A stretch of DNA of 42,127 nucleotides, from NCBI GenBank assembly GCA_035636935.1, contig DASPYE010000202.1, positions 1-42,127 of the forward strand, given 5' to 3'. Shown piece by piece: positions 1 through 8,889 of the stretch; position 1 is the stretch's first letter, and every line of letters starts with the position of its first letter. Source of the stretch: Candidatus Dormiibacterota bacterium (GTDB lineage Bacteria > Chloroflexota > Dormibacteria > Dormibacterales > Dormibacteraceae). The notes below the pieces were generated by a model. It saw nothing but the letters and a program-made list of their open reading frames with translations. It searched no databases and was not told where the DNA came from. The position numbers and the translations under genes were made by a program.

Positions 1-143
1 GCGGCCTCGTTCAGCATCCGCGTGTAGTTCCAGTCGCCCTGCGCCTGGTTGCTCTGGATCGAGCTCCAGGTGAACCAGAAGATCAGGCCGAGGACAACGA
101 CCAAGGCGAAGTAAAACAGGCTGGAGCGGGGGAAACGGCTCAA
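1..143 (-). CDS. ftsH: FtsH-like membrane protease, N-terminal fragment (gene runs off the left edge)
   Basis: The minus-strand frame is open to position 1. TTG at 143-141 overlaps the tilS TGA (TTGA), with AGGAG 7 nt upstream. The translation MSRFPRSSLFYFALVVVLGLIFWFTWSSIQSNQAQGDWNYTRMLNEA shows a short basic N-terminus, a TM helix and the start of an ectodomain, as in FtsH. tilS-(hpt)-ftsH is a conserved neighbourhood. The identity rests on topology and synteny only. Confidence 0.4.
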   Translation of the reverse strand, partial: MSRFPRSSLFYFALVVVLGLIFWFTWSSIQSNQAQGDWNYTRMLNEA

Positions 144-1402
144 CTCAGATCTCCTAGAGGGCTCTTTGGATTTTCTAGCCTAACAACTTTCGGCGCAGTG
201 GGAACCGGCATAGGCGTGATGGCCACGTGCAGGCCAGGCTCGCCATGCGGCCTCGCCAGCTCGGCGTCGACGGCCAGGCCGGGGACCCACGCGAGCTTCT
301 CGCCGGCAAAGACCAGAGGCCACGCGTCCCGATCTTCGCGCGGCACGCGGGCGTCGACAAAGATGTCCTGCAGCTTGCGCGAGCCCCGGCCGCCGAGCGG
401 CCGAAGACGCAGTCCGGGTCTGCGGAACCCGAGGCTCACGGCAAGACCAGGCCGGAGGTGCGCCGCGTGACTGTCGTCACAGCCCATGCATGTCTTTACC
501 TGCAGGCGTAACGGGCCGTTGGAGACGCTTCGCGACGGCACCACCTGCATGAGGTCCCCCACAATACGGAAACGCAAGCCTCCTGGAAGATCGACGCCCC
601 GCCCGCCTCGGCCGGGTTCCGCCACGCTCAGCATGGCGGCGATGTGAGCGCGGGATAGGCCAGGGTCGGAACCTCCGGCGCGGACGTACAGCAGCTTCAG
701 GGCTTCGGCGGCCACGGGCTCCGGCAACCTGCGCAGCTCCCCGCGGGTAGTCGCGCCTGCCGCCGCGGTCGAGGCGGCCTCGTGCAACCGCATGGCTGCG
801 CCGGCGGCCGAGTGAAAACGTCGGCCGATTCCGGGCCGGTCACGCTCGAGCGCCGGCAGGATCAGATGACGCACCCGCACGCGCGCGAATCGCGGATCGA
901 GGTTGGCTGGATCCTCATGCGCGACGATGCCGCGCACCTTGAGGTATTCGCGCACGTCCTTTCTCCAGACGTTGAGAAAGGGACGGATGAAGTGTCCTCG
1001 GCGCGCGGGCATGCCCCGGAAGCCGGCGAGGCCGCAGCCACGCAGCATGTGCAGGACGACACCCTCGACCAGGTCGTCGGCGGTGTGCGCCACCGCCACG
1101 ACATCCGCACCTGCCTGAGCTCGAGCGCGGTCGAGAAATGCGTAGCGAAGCGTGCGAGCCGCAGCCTGGACGGATCCTTTCGGCAGAGCCTCGGTACGCC
1201 GTTCGCAGATGAGCGGGACTCCAAGTCGCGCGCACAGTTCCGCCACCTGCCGCGCGACCTCCGCCGACCCGTCGCGCAGTGCGTGGTCGTAATGGGCGGC
1301 GACCACCTCGTGACCGGACTCGTGCAGCGCGATCAGCAGCGCGGTCGAATCTGGTCCGCCCGAGACGGCGACGAGGATGCGCCCGGCGGGTGGCGTAGCC
1401 AT
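140..1402 (-). CDS. tilS: tRNA(Ile)-lysidine synthase TilS
   Basis: PP-loop motif ILVAVSGGPDSTALL lies near the N-terminus, HTADDLVE follows, and the C-terminal domain has GSRKLQDIFVDARVPREDRDAWPLV. I moved the start to ATG 1402 because the first 20 codons of the track ORF (140..1462) lie inside a same-strand tRNA gene. Confidence 0.85.
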   Translation of the reverse strand: MATPPAGRILVAVSGGPDSTALLIALHESGHEVVAAHYDHALRDGSAEVARQVAELCARLGVPLICERRTEALPKGSVQAAARTLRYAFLDRARAQAGADVVAVAHTADDLVEGVVLHMLRGCGLAGFRGMPARRGHFIRPFLNVWRKDVREYLKVRGIVAHEDPANLDPRFARVRVRHLILPALERDRPGIGRRFHSAAGAAMRLHEAASTAAAGATTRGELRRLPEPVAAEALKLLYVRAGGSDPGLSRAHIAAMLSVAEPGRGGRGVDLPGGLRFRIVGDLMQVVPSRSVSNGPLRLQVKTCMGCDDSHAAHLRPGLAVSLGFRRPGLRLRPLGGRGSRKLQDIFVDARVPREDRDAWPLVFAGEKLAWVPGLAVDAELARPHGEPGLHVAITPMPVPTAPKVVRLENPKSPLGDLS

Positions 1403-1477
1403 GGTGGTGCCGGGTGGACTCGAACCACCGACAACGCGATTATGAGTCGCGCGCTCTACCACCTGAGCTACGGCACC
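1402..1477 (-). tRNA. tRNA with CAT anticodon (elongator Met or lysidine-dependent Ile2), CCA encoded
   Basis: The reverse complement folds as a 76-nt cloverleaf: GGTGCCG TA GCTC AGGTGGTA GAGC G CGCGA CTCATAA TCGCG TTGTC GGTGG TTCGAGT CCACC CGGCACC A CCA. All four stems are fully paired. It is not an initiator because the anticodon stem lacks the three G-C pairs. Confidence 0.85.
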
Positions 1478-1486
1478 GTCCCGAGC

Positions 1487-1570
1487 TTAGCGAGCGGCCT
1501 GCGTCCGAGCCTTCAGCTTTTGCTTCTTCTTTCGGTGCTTGGCAATCGCTACGCGCTTTCTCTTGTTCAT
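1487..1570 (-). CDS. 27-aa highly basic peptide, possibly a bS22-like small ribosomal protein
   Basis: This ORF is too short for the supplied track. It reads ATG AAC AAG AGA ... CGC TAA = MNKRKRVAIAKHRKKKQKLKARTQAAR and lies between the two tRNAs on the same strand. The KRKR..KHRK..RT pattern resembles, from memory, actinobacterial bS22 ([33 protein letters not shown]). AAGGA abuts the ATG, which is poor spacing. Confidence 0.35.
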   Translation of the reverse strand: MNKRKRVAIAKHRKKKQKLKARTQAAR

Positions 1571-1624
1571 TCCTTATTTGTTGTCCAGATGTGCACGAGT
1601 GGCTGAGGGGGCTTGGGATGAGGA

Positions 1625-1699
1625 TGGTTGCGGAGCTTGGATTCGAACCAAGGACCTTCGGGTTATGAGCCCGACGAGCTGCCGCTGCTCCACTCCGCA
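1625..1699 (-). tRNA. Initiator tRNA-fMet (CAT), CCA encoded
   Basis: The reverse complement is T GCGGAG TG GAGC AGCGGCA GCTC G TCGGG CTCATAA CCCGA AGGTC CTTGG TTCGAAT CCAAG CTCCGCA A CCA. It has three consecutive G-C pairs closing the anticodon stem and an A11:U24 pair. It is nearly identical to E. coli tRNA-fMet over the acceptor, D and anticodon arms. Confidence 0.85.
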
Positions 1700-1704
1700 T
1701 TCTC

Positions 1705-1710
1705 AGTATA
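1705..1710 (-). promoter_or_regulatory. Candidate -10 box (TATACT) for the tRNA-peptide-tRNA-tilS transcript
   Basis: The minus strand reads ...CTGACGG-N19-TATACT-GAGAA-T(tRNA nt 1). The -10 hexamer is good and sits 5 nt before the tRNA 5' end. The -35-like TGACGG lies at a non-ideal 19-20 nt spacing. Confidence 0.3.
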
Positions 1711-1764
1711 AGGCGGGCACGTCCCTCTCCCGTCAGGGCGAGGGCGAAGGCAGAAGGGCGCTGC

Positions 1765-2115
1765 TCAGCGCGACCTGGGCGTAGGCGAGGGGCTGGGAGT
1801 CGTGACCAGAAAGGTCCTCTCGTTTGGCTTCGCGAAGCCGCTCATTCGGGCCTCCTCCTCGTCGGCCGTGCCGTTGGAAAGAGCCTCCACGTCCTTGTGG
1901 TAACCGGCGTTCTGGGCCCCGATCTGGGCGTTCTGCCTGCGCAGCTCGGAGACCTGCTGGCCGAGGCGCTGGCTGATGTAGGCCTCTTGTGCAAACGCGA
2001 CCGCCGCCCACATCAACACGATGCCTGCGGCAATCAGGATCAGGGTGCTCCGCAGAGTGAACGCGTTCACGCGAAGCGTGCCCGCGGCGGTGGTGGGCTT
2101 GTTGCTGTATTTCAT
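1765..2115 (-). CDS. Septum formation initiator family protein (FtsB/DivIC-like)
   Basis: The protein is 116 aa with a single N-terminal TM helix (LILIAAGIVLMWAAVAFA). A coiled-coil stretch follows (QQVSELRRQNAQIGAQNAGYHKDVEAL), then the EEEAR..GFAKPNE tail typical of FtsB/DivIC. Confidence 0.6.
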   Translation of the reverse strand: MKYSNKPTTAAGTLRVNAFTLRSTLILIAAGIVLMWAAVAFAQEAYISQRLGQQVSELRRQNAQIGAQNAGYHKDVEALSNGTADEEEARMSGFAKPNERTFLVTTPSPSPTPRSR

Positions 2116-2166
2116 GCTGCGTCGTTGTGCGGGAACGATCGGGCGGGAGCCGACTATATCAAATGG

Positions 2167-2943
2167 TTACCTGGCCTTCTCCCAGCGGTCGAGCATTTCA
2201 TCGGCGCTCAGGTCGCTGAAGCTCTTGCCTTCGCGGCGCACCGACGCCTCAGTCGCGGCGAATCGTTTGCGAAATCGCTGAGCTGCTACGCGCAACGCGT
2301 CCTCGGGATTCAGCTTCATGCTTCGAGCCAGCGACACGACGGCGAAGAGCAGATCCCCCATCTCCTCGAATGCGCGGTCGCGGTCGCCAACCTCGGCCAG
2401 CTCGTGCGCCTCCTCGCCCACAGACTCCGCCGCGGCGGCAGGCGACGCGAAATCGAAACCGACGCGCGCAGCACGCTTCTGCAGACCGAGCGCCCACGCA
2501 AGCGCTGGAAGAGTTGCGGGCACGCGCTCGACGACCGATTCCTCGTTGCCGGCCTCGCGCGCCTCGCTGATCTTCTGGTGCTCCCAGTTGCGCAGCACCT
2601 CATCGGCGTTCGCGACCGACTTGTCGCCGAACACATGCGGGTGACGCTTGACCATCTTCGCGGCGACAGCCACAGACACTTGCGTCGCGTCGAAGCGTCC
2701 TTCTTCCGCCGCGATCTCGGCGTGCATCGCGACCTGCAACAGAAGGTCGCCCAGCTCCTCCATCATCTTTGCGTCGTCGCCGGCGTCGATCGCCTCGAGT
2801 AGCTCGTAGGTCTCTTCGAGCAGGTACTGCCGTAGCGACTCATGCGTCTGTTCGCGATCCCACGGGCACCCGCCAGGAGCCCTCAGCGTGTGCACGACCT
2901 CGAAGATCGCGGCGATGCCCTCCGAAAATGGCCTGTCGCTCAC
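2167..2943 (-). CDS. mazG: Nucleoside triphosphate pyrophosphohydrolase MazG (tandem MazG domains)
   Basis: Motifs seen: LRAPGGCPWDREQTHESLRQYLLEETYELLEAI, EELGDLLLQV, KMVKRHPHVFGD, and a second EE.GDLLF repeat. I set the start at GTG 2943, which overlaps the mfd TGA (GTGA). The longer track ORF (to 3027) would overlap mfd by 88 nt. Confidence 0.85.
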   Translation of the reverse strand: MSDRPFSEGIAAIFEVVHTLRAPGGCPWDREQTHESLRQYLLEETYELLEAIDAGDDAKMMEELGDLLLQVAMHAEIAAEEGRFDATQVSVAVAAKMVKRHPHVFGDKSVANADEVLRNWEHQKISEAREAGNEESVVERVPATLPALAWALGLQKRAARVGFDFASPAAAAESVGEEAHELAEVGDRDRAFEEMGDLLFAVVSLARSMKLNPEDALRVAAQRFRKRFAATEASVRREGKSFSDLSADEMLDRWEKAR

Positions 2944-5900
2944 GGGCGAGACATTACCGCGACGCCGCGCCCAGCTTCGTAAAGCGCCGCCATCTCGTCG
3001 AGGAGCGTGAGGAGGTCGGATTGCCACCCCTCCCCTTTCCTCCGCATCTTGATCCGGTTGGGGCCGACAGCGATCCGTCCCACCATCCGGCGGGACAGCT
3101 CCTCGATGTCGAGGAATCGCTGCGGGTCGACCCGGATCACGATGTCGTGACCCTCCGCGACCACGCCGCGCAGTCCCATCCGCTGGCCGCGCAGCTTTAC
3201 GCGCAGTGAGTAGGCCAGGTTGTCCAGCTGCGCCGGCGCCGTCCCGTAGCGGTCCTTGAGGGAGCGCAGCATCGAGTCGAGATCGGCTTCGTCATCCGCG
3301 CCGGCGAGCTGACGGTACGCCCCGAGCCGCAGCTTCTCGTCCCGGATGTAGGAGCGCGGAATGAAGTGGTCGAGGGGGAGGTCGAGGTTCATCTCCGCCG
3401 TCGATAGGACATCCGTGACGGCGGTTTCCTCGAATCCTGTTCGCAGCTTGGACACCGCGCTCTGCAGCATCTGGAGGTACATCTCGAACCCGACGGCCGC
3501 GATCGCCCCGTGCTGCTCGGTGCCCAGCAGGTTGCCGGCGCCGCGGATCTCCAGGTCGCGGAGCGCGATCTTGAATCCCTGGCCGAGCTCGTGGAGGCCG
3601 GAGATGACGTCCAACCGCTTGTCGGCTTGCTCAGTGAGGGAGCGCCTCGGGTCGTAAAGGAAGTAGGCGTACGCTCGCCGGCCCGAGCGTCCAACACGCC
3701 CACGGAGCTGATAGAGCTGCGCCAGGCCGAAGCGGTCGGACCGCTCGACGATGATCGTGTTGACGTTCGGGATGTCGAGCCCCGATTCGATGATGGTGGT
3801 GCAGACGAGGACGTCGTACTTGCCCGCCTCGAAGTCGACCATCACCGAAGCCAGCTGGTCTTCAGACATCTGTCCGTGGCCGATCGCAATCCGGCCTTCG
3901 GGGACCAGCCTGCGCACGCGTTCCGCGGCCTTCTGGATCGACCGCACGCGGTTATGCACGAAGTACACCTGGCCGCCCCTCTGCAGCTCGCGGCCGATCG
4001 CCTCCCGCACTAGCTCGTCGTCGTCCGCGGTCACGTAGGTCTTGATCGGCTGTCGCTCCTCGGGCGGCGTCTGGATCACGCTCATATCGCGGATCCCGCC
4101 CACCGCCATGTGCAGCGTGCGCGGGATCGGCGTCGCCGATAGCGAGAGCACGTCGAGCTGCGTGCGCAGCTTTTTCAGCCTCTCTTTCTGCATGACGCCG
4201 AAGCGGTGCTCCTCGTCGACGACAAGCAGTCCGAGTCGCTTGAAGCGGACGTCCCGCTGGAGGAGGCGATGCGTGCCGACGACGATGTCGACATGGCCGC
4301 TCTTGAGTCCTTCGACGGTCCGCGCCTGCATCTCGTCATCGACGAATCGCGACAGCATCTCGACCACGACGGGGAAGTTCTTCAACCGCTCGCGGAACAC
4401 GTGGAAGTGCTGCTGGGCGAGCACAGTGGTCGGGGCCAGAAGTGCGACCTGCTTGCCGCTCATCGCCGCCTTGAACGCGGCGCGCAGGGCGAGCTCGGTC
4501 TTGCCGAACCCGACATCGCCGCACAGGAGCCGGTCCATGGGCCGATCAGACTCCATATCGCTCTTGATCTCGGCCAGCGCCGCGACCTGGTCCGGCGTCT
4601 CTTCATAAGGAAAGGTGGCCTCGAGCTCGTCCTGCCACGCCGTGTCCGGCGCGAAGGCAATGCCCGGCCTGGCCTCACGCATCGAGTAGATCTTCAGCAG
4701 GTCCTCGGCCACGTCCTGCACGACCTTGCGGGCCCGCCCCCTCGCACGCGTCCAATCGGACGTACCGAGCCGGTGCAGTGCCGGAGCCGCCTCGCCGCCG
4801 AGGAATTTCTGCACGCGATCGAGGTTTTCGACCGGCACGAACAGCCGGTCACCTTCGGCGTACTCGAGTTCGAGGTACTCCCGGTGCGCACCCTCCGACT
4901 CGAGCAGGCGCATCCCCTTGAATCGCGCGATCCCGTGGTCGACGTGGACGACGAGCTCGTCGGGCGCGAAGTCCAGCGTGAATTCGTGCGTCATGTCTTC
5001 GGCCCGCGTGCGGGCGATGCTTCGGCCGCGCGAGGGCCGGCGGACGCGCCCAAAAAGCTCGGCGTCAGTGGCAAGGTGCAATCCGATCCCCGGCTGAGAG
5101 CAACCCGCCGTGAGGTCGATCGAGGAGTGGAACAAGCCCGGCTTGACGTCGAGGTCGATGTCCAGGTCGACCTCGGCGTGCGCGGTCTTGACGCCCGACT
5201 CGTCGAGGAGGGCGCGCAAGCGCTCGTCTTGCTCCGTCGCGAAGACGATGGCCGCCCCTTCGGCGCGCGCCGCGAAGCCCGCGAGCGCACGTGGTTGCCC
5301 AACCAGGGCCTCGCCTTCGAACCACCCGAGATCGATCGCGTCACCCGCCCCCTCGGCGCCGGTGATTGCCAGGTGGGGCCGCGCGCCGAAATCGTCGGCA
5401 CGATCGACCGTGGGGAGCTTGAACTGTCGCGGCAGCTCGCCTCCGCCCGCCTCGGCCGCGGCGAGCATGGCCGTCTCGTCCAACAACGTGCGCGCGTCGG
5501 CTCGCTGTCGTGCCGGCTCGAAGTCGATGACGATCGAGTCCTGTGGCAGGTGGTCGAGCAGTGATGATCGCGAGGGATCGAGGTAAGCGGCGTAAAACTC
5601 GACGCCCGCAAATGCGGCGCCCCCGCCGAGGCGCGTCAGCTCGTCCTCCCATTCCGACCGGACGTCCCCGCGCAGGCTCTCGAGCGAAACCGATTCGCGC
5701 AGCCGCGCGACGGCGGCGGCGCCTCGCTCCGGGCCGATCAGGAGCTCGCGCCCGGTCCTGATGGTCACCTCTGCGACCGGCATCACCGAACGCTGGTTGT
5801 CGGGGTCGAACAGGCGCAGCGTCTCCACCGCGTCGCCGACCCACTCGGCCCGTATGGGCGCGTCCGCCGCCGAGGGAAACACGTCCAGGATCCCACCGCG

Positions 5901-6446
5901 CAATGAGAACTGCCCTCTTTCCTCGACAAGCGGCTCGCGGGTGTAACCCAGCTCGACCAGCCGACCGGCGACGGTGATGGGGTCTGGCCCTTCGCCCGGC
6001 CGCAAGGTGATCGTCGTATCCACCAGGTCCCGGCGCGAAATGGTCTGTCGTGTGAGGGCCCGCCGCGAAGCGACGACGATCGCCGGGGTGTTGTCCGCGG
6101 AGGCGAGGGCGCTCAGCGCCTCGAGGCGCCTGTTCACCGCCTCATCAAAGGCAGGAGGCCGGTCGAGGAACGAGACGCCGACTTCGGCGAAAACAAACGC
6201 CGGCGGCTGTCCGCTGAGCCACACGCGAAGCTCGTCGGCGAACCGCTCTGGGCCCGTGACAAGGATGAGAGCCGACTTCCCTCTTTGGGTCAGCGCGCGA
6301 GCGACCGCCGCGGCGACGATCGGCCACGCCGAGCGCGGAAGCCGCGCCACGTGGAGGTCGGTATGGCCCCGGTCGACCCATCCTTCGAGCCGCGGCTCGG
6401 CACCGAGTATGGCTTGCCACAGTGTGGTCACGGCAGTTCCTCGCAT
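2940..6446 (-). CDS. mfd: Transcription-repair coupling factor Mfd
   Basis: The protein is 1168 aa from ATG 6446 ([15 protein letters not shown]...). It has a UvrB-homology N-terminus, a CarD/RID region ([16 protein letters not shown]) and SF2 helicase motifs ([44 protein letters not shown]). The track ORF start at 6947 is an out-of-context extension across pth. Confidence 0.95.
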   Translation of the reverse strand: MRGTAVTTLWQAILGAEPRLEGWVDRGHTDLHVARLPRSAWPIVAAAVARALTQRGKSALILVTGPERFADELRVWLSGQPPAFVFAEVGVSFLDRPPAFDEAVNRRLEALSALASADNTPAIVVASRRALTRQTISRRDLVDTTITLRPGEGPDPITVAGRLVELGYTREPLVEERGQFSLRGGILDVFPSAADAPIRAEWVGDAVETLRLFDPDNQRSVMPVAEVTIRTGRELLIGPERGAAAVARLRESVSLESLRGDVRSEWEDELTRLGGGAAFAGVEFYAAYLDPSRSSLLDHLPQDSIVIDFEPARQRADARTLLDETAMLAAAEAGGGELPRQFKLPTVDRADDFGARPHLAITGAEGAGDAIDLGWFEGEALVGQPRALAGFAARAEGAAIVFATEQDERLRALLDESGVKTAHAEVDLDIDLDVKPGLFHSSIDLTAGCSQPGIGLHLATDAELFGRVRRPSRGRSIARTRAEDMTHEFTLDFAPDELVVHVDHGIARFKGMRLLESEGAHREYLELEYAEGDRLFVPVENLDRVQKFLGGEAAPALHRLGTSDWTRARGRARKVVQDVAEDLLKIYSMREARPGIAFAPDTAWQDELEATFPYEETPDQVAALAEIKSDMESDRPMDRLLCGDVGFGKTELALRAAFKAAMSGKQVALLAPTTVLAQQHFHVFRERLKNFPVVVEMLSRFVDDEMQARTVEGLKSGHVDIVVGTHRLLQRDVRFKRLGLLVVDEEHRFGVMQKERLKKLRTQLDVLSLSATPIPRTLHMAVGGIRDMSVIQTPPEERQPIKTYVTADDDELVREAIGRELQRGGQVYFVHNRVRSIQKAAERVRRLVPEGRIAIGHGQMSEDQLASVMVDFEAGKYDVLVCTTIIESGLDIPNVNTIIVERSDRFGLAQLYQLRGRVGRSGRRAYAYFLYDPRRSLTEQADKRLDVISGLHELGQGFKIALRDLEIRGAGNLLGTEQHGAIAAVGFEMYLQMLQSAVSKLRTGFEETAVTDVLSTAEMNLDLPLDHFIPRSYIRDEKLRLGAYRQLAGADDEADLDSMLRSLKDRYGTAPAQLDNLAYSLRVKLRGQRMGLRGVVAEGHDIVIRVDPQRFLDIEELSRRMVGRIAVGPNRIKMRRKGEGWQSDLLTLLDEMAALYEAGRGVAVMSRP

Positions 6447-7039
6447 CCCAGCGCCCCCGCGCGGTTGTAGCGGTCCATCGCCCGTTCGATCCCCGCTTGG
6501 AGCGCCAGCTCCAGGGCGTCGGCGACTCCACTGATCACCTGAGGCAGTCGCCGCGCCTCTGCCTTCGTGAACCGTCCAAGGACATAGTGCCGCCCGGCAG
6601 GTGAGCCTTTGCGCGACGGCTTCCCGATGCCGACGCGAAAGCGGACGAAATCGTCGGTGCCGAGGGATGTGATCAGCGAACGCACGCCGTTGTGTCCGGC
6701 ACCGGAACCGCCACGTCTGATTCGCATCCGGCACATCGGCAGGTCCAGCTCGTCGTAGACCACCCAGGTCTGATCGGGCGTCAGCCCGGTGTCCTTCAGT
6801 GCCTTCGCCACGGCCCCACCGGAAAGGTTCATGAACGTCTGCGGCATGACGAGCCACAGACCCTTCGCCTCGGAACGGCCGGTCAGGGACTGCCACCGCT
6901 TGCGATCGACTGACACGCCCAGCCGGCGCGCGAGCTCTCGCACGCATGCGAAACCAAGGTTGTGACGCGTGTCGGCGTAGTCGGATTCGGGATTGCCGAG
7001 GCCGACGATCAATCGCTCTTGCTTTTCTTTCTTTTCCAA
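6428..7039 (-). CDS. pth: Peptidyl-tRNA hydrolase
   Basis: Motifs LIVGLGNPESDYADTRHNLGF, MPQTFMNLSG and GGSGAGHNGVRS. There is no ATG near the conserved N-terminus, so the candidates are TTG 7039 (MEKKEKQERLIVGLGNP) or TTG 7012. The 3' end overlaps the mfd start by 19 nt. Confidence 0.8.
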   Translation of the reverse strand: MEKKEKQERLIVGLGNPESDYADTRHNLGFACVRELARRLGVSVDRKRWQSLTGRSEAKGLWLVMPQTFMNLSGGAVAKALKDTGLTPDQTWVVYDELDLPMCRMRIRRGGSGAGHNGVRSLITSLGTDDFVRFRVGIGKPSRKGSPAGRHYVLGRFTKAEARRLPQVISGVADALELALQAGIERAMDRYNRAGALGCEELP

Positions 7040-7101
7040 TGCACCCGGCGCGAATAGACGCGGCTGGGCCCGCGGCGAGCGCCGCAGACCATGTAGCGAG
7101 T

Positions 7102-7557
7102 CTAAAGGCGTCCCGGAGCCAACACGATTCCCGACTGCTCCAATGCCTCGACTGTGAGGCGAGTCATCTCCTTCTGTTCCCGCGCCGATGTGTGATCCCA
7201 GCCCAGAAGATGGAGCAGGCCGTGTACAGCGAGCAGCGCCAGCTCCGTCGTCGCGGCGTGGCCGTACTCGGCGGCCTGGCGCTCGGTCGCGGGCCACGAG
7301 ATGGCGATGTCTCCAACGTGGCCGGCCGAGCCGGCAAACGAAAGAACGTCGGTGGCATGAGGTTCGCCCGCATACGTCGTGTTCAGGCGCTGCATCTCCT
7401 CGTCGGCGGTGAGCCGAACCGCAACTGTGCTCTCGTCTTCGGGCAATCGTGCCGCGACCTCGGGCACCGCTGCCGCTCGCTTGAGCACGTCCCGGATGAA
7501 GCTTGGGCCGACGTCCGCCCGCACAGCCTTGACGACGTCAACATTTAGTAGAGTCAC
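7102..7557 (-). CDS. ybeY: rRNA maturation endoribonuclease YbeY
   Basis: The zinc motif HGLLHLLGWDH is present, the length is 151 aa, and the start is GTG at 7557. Confidence 0.85.
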   Translation of the reverse strand: MTLLNVDVVKAVRADVGPSFIRDVLKRAAAVPEVAARLPEDESTVAVRLTADEEMQRLNTTYAGEPHATDVLSFAGSAGHVGDIAISWPATERQAAEYGHAATTELALLAVHGLLHLLGWDHTSAREQKEMTRLTVEALEQSGIVLAPGRL

Positions 7558-7562
7558 GCTCG

Positions 7563-8504
7563 TTGAAGATTCTCGTCACTGGCGGCGCCGGATTCATCGG
7601 CTCGCATGTCGTAGACGCCTACATCGCCGCGGGGCACGAGGTCCGTGTCATCGACAACCTGAGCACCGGCCGCGAGGACAACGTCAATCAAGCGGCCCAG
7701 CTGCATCGGGTCGACGTCACGAATCGCGCACAGGTGCACGCCGCGATCGCGACGTTCAAGCCCGACATCGTGAACCATCACGCGGCGCAGTCCGAGGTTC
7801 CGAAGTCCGTGGCCGACCCAGGGCACGACGCCCTCGTCAACGTGGTCGGTGGCCTCAACGTGCTCCGCGCGTGCGTCGACGAGGCAGTGGGCAAGGTGAT
7901 CTTCAGCTCCACCGGTGGCGCGCTCTACGGCGAGCCCGACATCGTGCCGGCGGATGAAGACCATCCAGTTCGCCCGCTCTCGCCATACGGCACCAGCAAG
8001 CTCGCGTTCGAGCATTACCTGGGAATGTTCGACAGGACGTTTGGCCTGCGCTACACGACTCTTCGCTACGCCAACATCTACGGTCCGCGGCAGGACTTCT
8101 TCGCCGAGGAGGGCCGCGTCGTGGCCATCTTCGCCAGCCGGATGATCGAGGGCAAGCCTGTCACGATCGACGGCGACGGGAATCAGTCACGCGACATGCT
8201 GCATGTCGGCGACGTCGCGATGGCAAACCTCGCCGCCCTCGAGCGGGGTGACGGCGGCACCTTCCACATCAGCTCGGGCATCCCGGTGACGATCAACGAC
8301 CTGTTCCGCAAGATCGCACTGCTGACCGAGTACAAGCTCGAGCCCATGTTCGGACCTGCGCGCAAAGGCGACGTGTACCGCATCGCGCTCGACAACCGGC
8401 GCGCAGCGGAACAACTCGGCTGGCAGCCGCGGATCCAGCTCGAGGAGGGACTGCGCCTGACCGTCGACTACTTCCGCGGGCAGATTTCCAGACTCCAGCC
8501 TTAG
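7563..8504 (+). CDS. NAD-dependent sugar-nucleotide epimerase/dehydratase (GalE-like extended SDR)
   Basis: TTG start gives MKILVTGGAGFIGSH (Rossmann GxxGxxG). A YGTSK catalytic Yxx(x)K is present and the length of 313 aa fits. The substrate cannot be assigned from sequence. Confidence 0.85.
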   Translation: MKILVTGGAGFIGSHVVDAYIAAGHEVRVIDNLSTGREDNVNQAAQLHRVDVTNRAQVHAAIATFKPDIVNHHAAQSEVPKSVADPGHDALVNVVGGLNVLRACVDEAVGKVIFSSTGGALYGEPDIVPADEDHPVRPLSPYGTSKLAFEHYLGMFDRTFGLRYTTLRYANIYGPRQDFFAEEGRVVAIFASRMIEGKPVTIDGDGNQSRDMLHVGDVAMANLAALERGDGGTFHISSGIPVTINDLFRKIALLTEYKLEPMFGPARKGDVYRIALDNRRAAEQLGWQPRIQLEEGLRLTVDYFRGQISRLQP

Positions 8505-8507
8505 GCG

Positions 8508-8876
8508 GTGGAGACGTTTGCTTTTCTTCACAGCTACGGCGCGCGTGTGCTCGTCGCGTTTGCGGTGCTGCTCGGGCTGTGGGGCGCCTATCACTATTTT
8601 CGGAACCAGCGCGTCAGCGGGGGCTTTCGCTCGACCTACCTGATCATGGCCGCCGTCACGCCGGTGCAGGGCCTGCTCGGCCTGTCAGCCCTGCTTGCAG
8701 GCGGCGATCCGCGCGCCGGGTTGCTGCACATGGTGTACGGCGCGTTCGCGTCCCTGTTTCTCCCCGGTGCATACATCTACGCTCATCAGGGCAACGCCCG
8801 GCGCGAAGCCCTGGTCCTGGCCGGTGCCTCCTGGATCGTCGTGATCGCCTTCCTGAGGGGCATATCCACCGGCTAA
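8508..8876 (+). CDS. Hypothetical integral membrane protein (about 4 TM helices)
   Basis: GTG start lies 3 nt after the upstream stop. Four hydrophobic segments are visible (VLVAFAVLLGLWGAY, YLIMAAVTPVQGLLGLSALL, LLHMVYGAFASLFLPGAYIY, ALVLAGASWIVVIAFL). I recognised no family. Confidence 0.5.
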   Translation: METFAFLHSYGARVLVAFAVLLGLWGAYHYFRNQRVSGGFRSTYLIMAAVTPVQGLLGLSALLAGGDPRAGLLHMVYGAFASLFLPGAYIYAHQGNARREALVLAGASWIVVIAFLRGISTG

Positions 8877-8889
8877 CGTATGCGCGGCA

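Noticed and set aside
1403-1462. Track start of tilS at 1462 (MVERATHNRVVGGSSPPGTT...).
   Set aside because: These 20 codons are the body of a perfectly folding same-strand tRNA gene. The PP-loop protein begins plausibly at ATG 1402.
4206-5564. 452-aa plus-strand ORF inside mfd. Similar long antisense or off-frame ORFs occur at 9085-9912, 9976-10923, 12377-13783, 13617-14807, 20635-21945, 22943-23737, 31565-32593 and 37530-38579.
   Set aside because: All lie opposite to or out of frame with genes that carry clear conserved motifs. Their translations are Arg/Gly/Pro/Asp-rich with no recognisable motifs. Stop-poor shadow frames like these are expected in a genome of about 66% GC.
6447-6947. 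N-terminal 167-codon extension of the mfd ORF in the track (start 6947).
   Set aside because: The extension overlaps the conserved pth coding sequence in another frame and translates to Arg-rich nonsense. The Mfd homology begins at [10 protein letters not shown] (ATG 6446).
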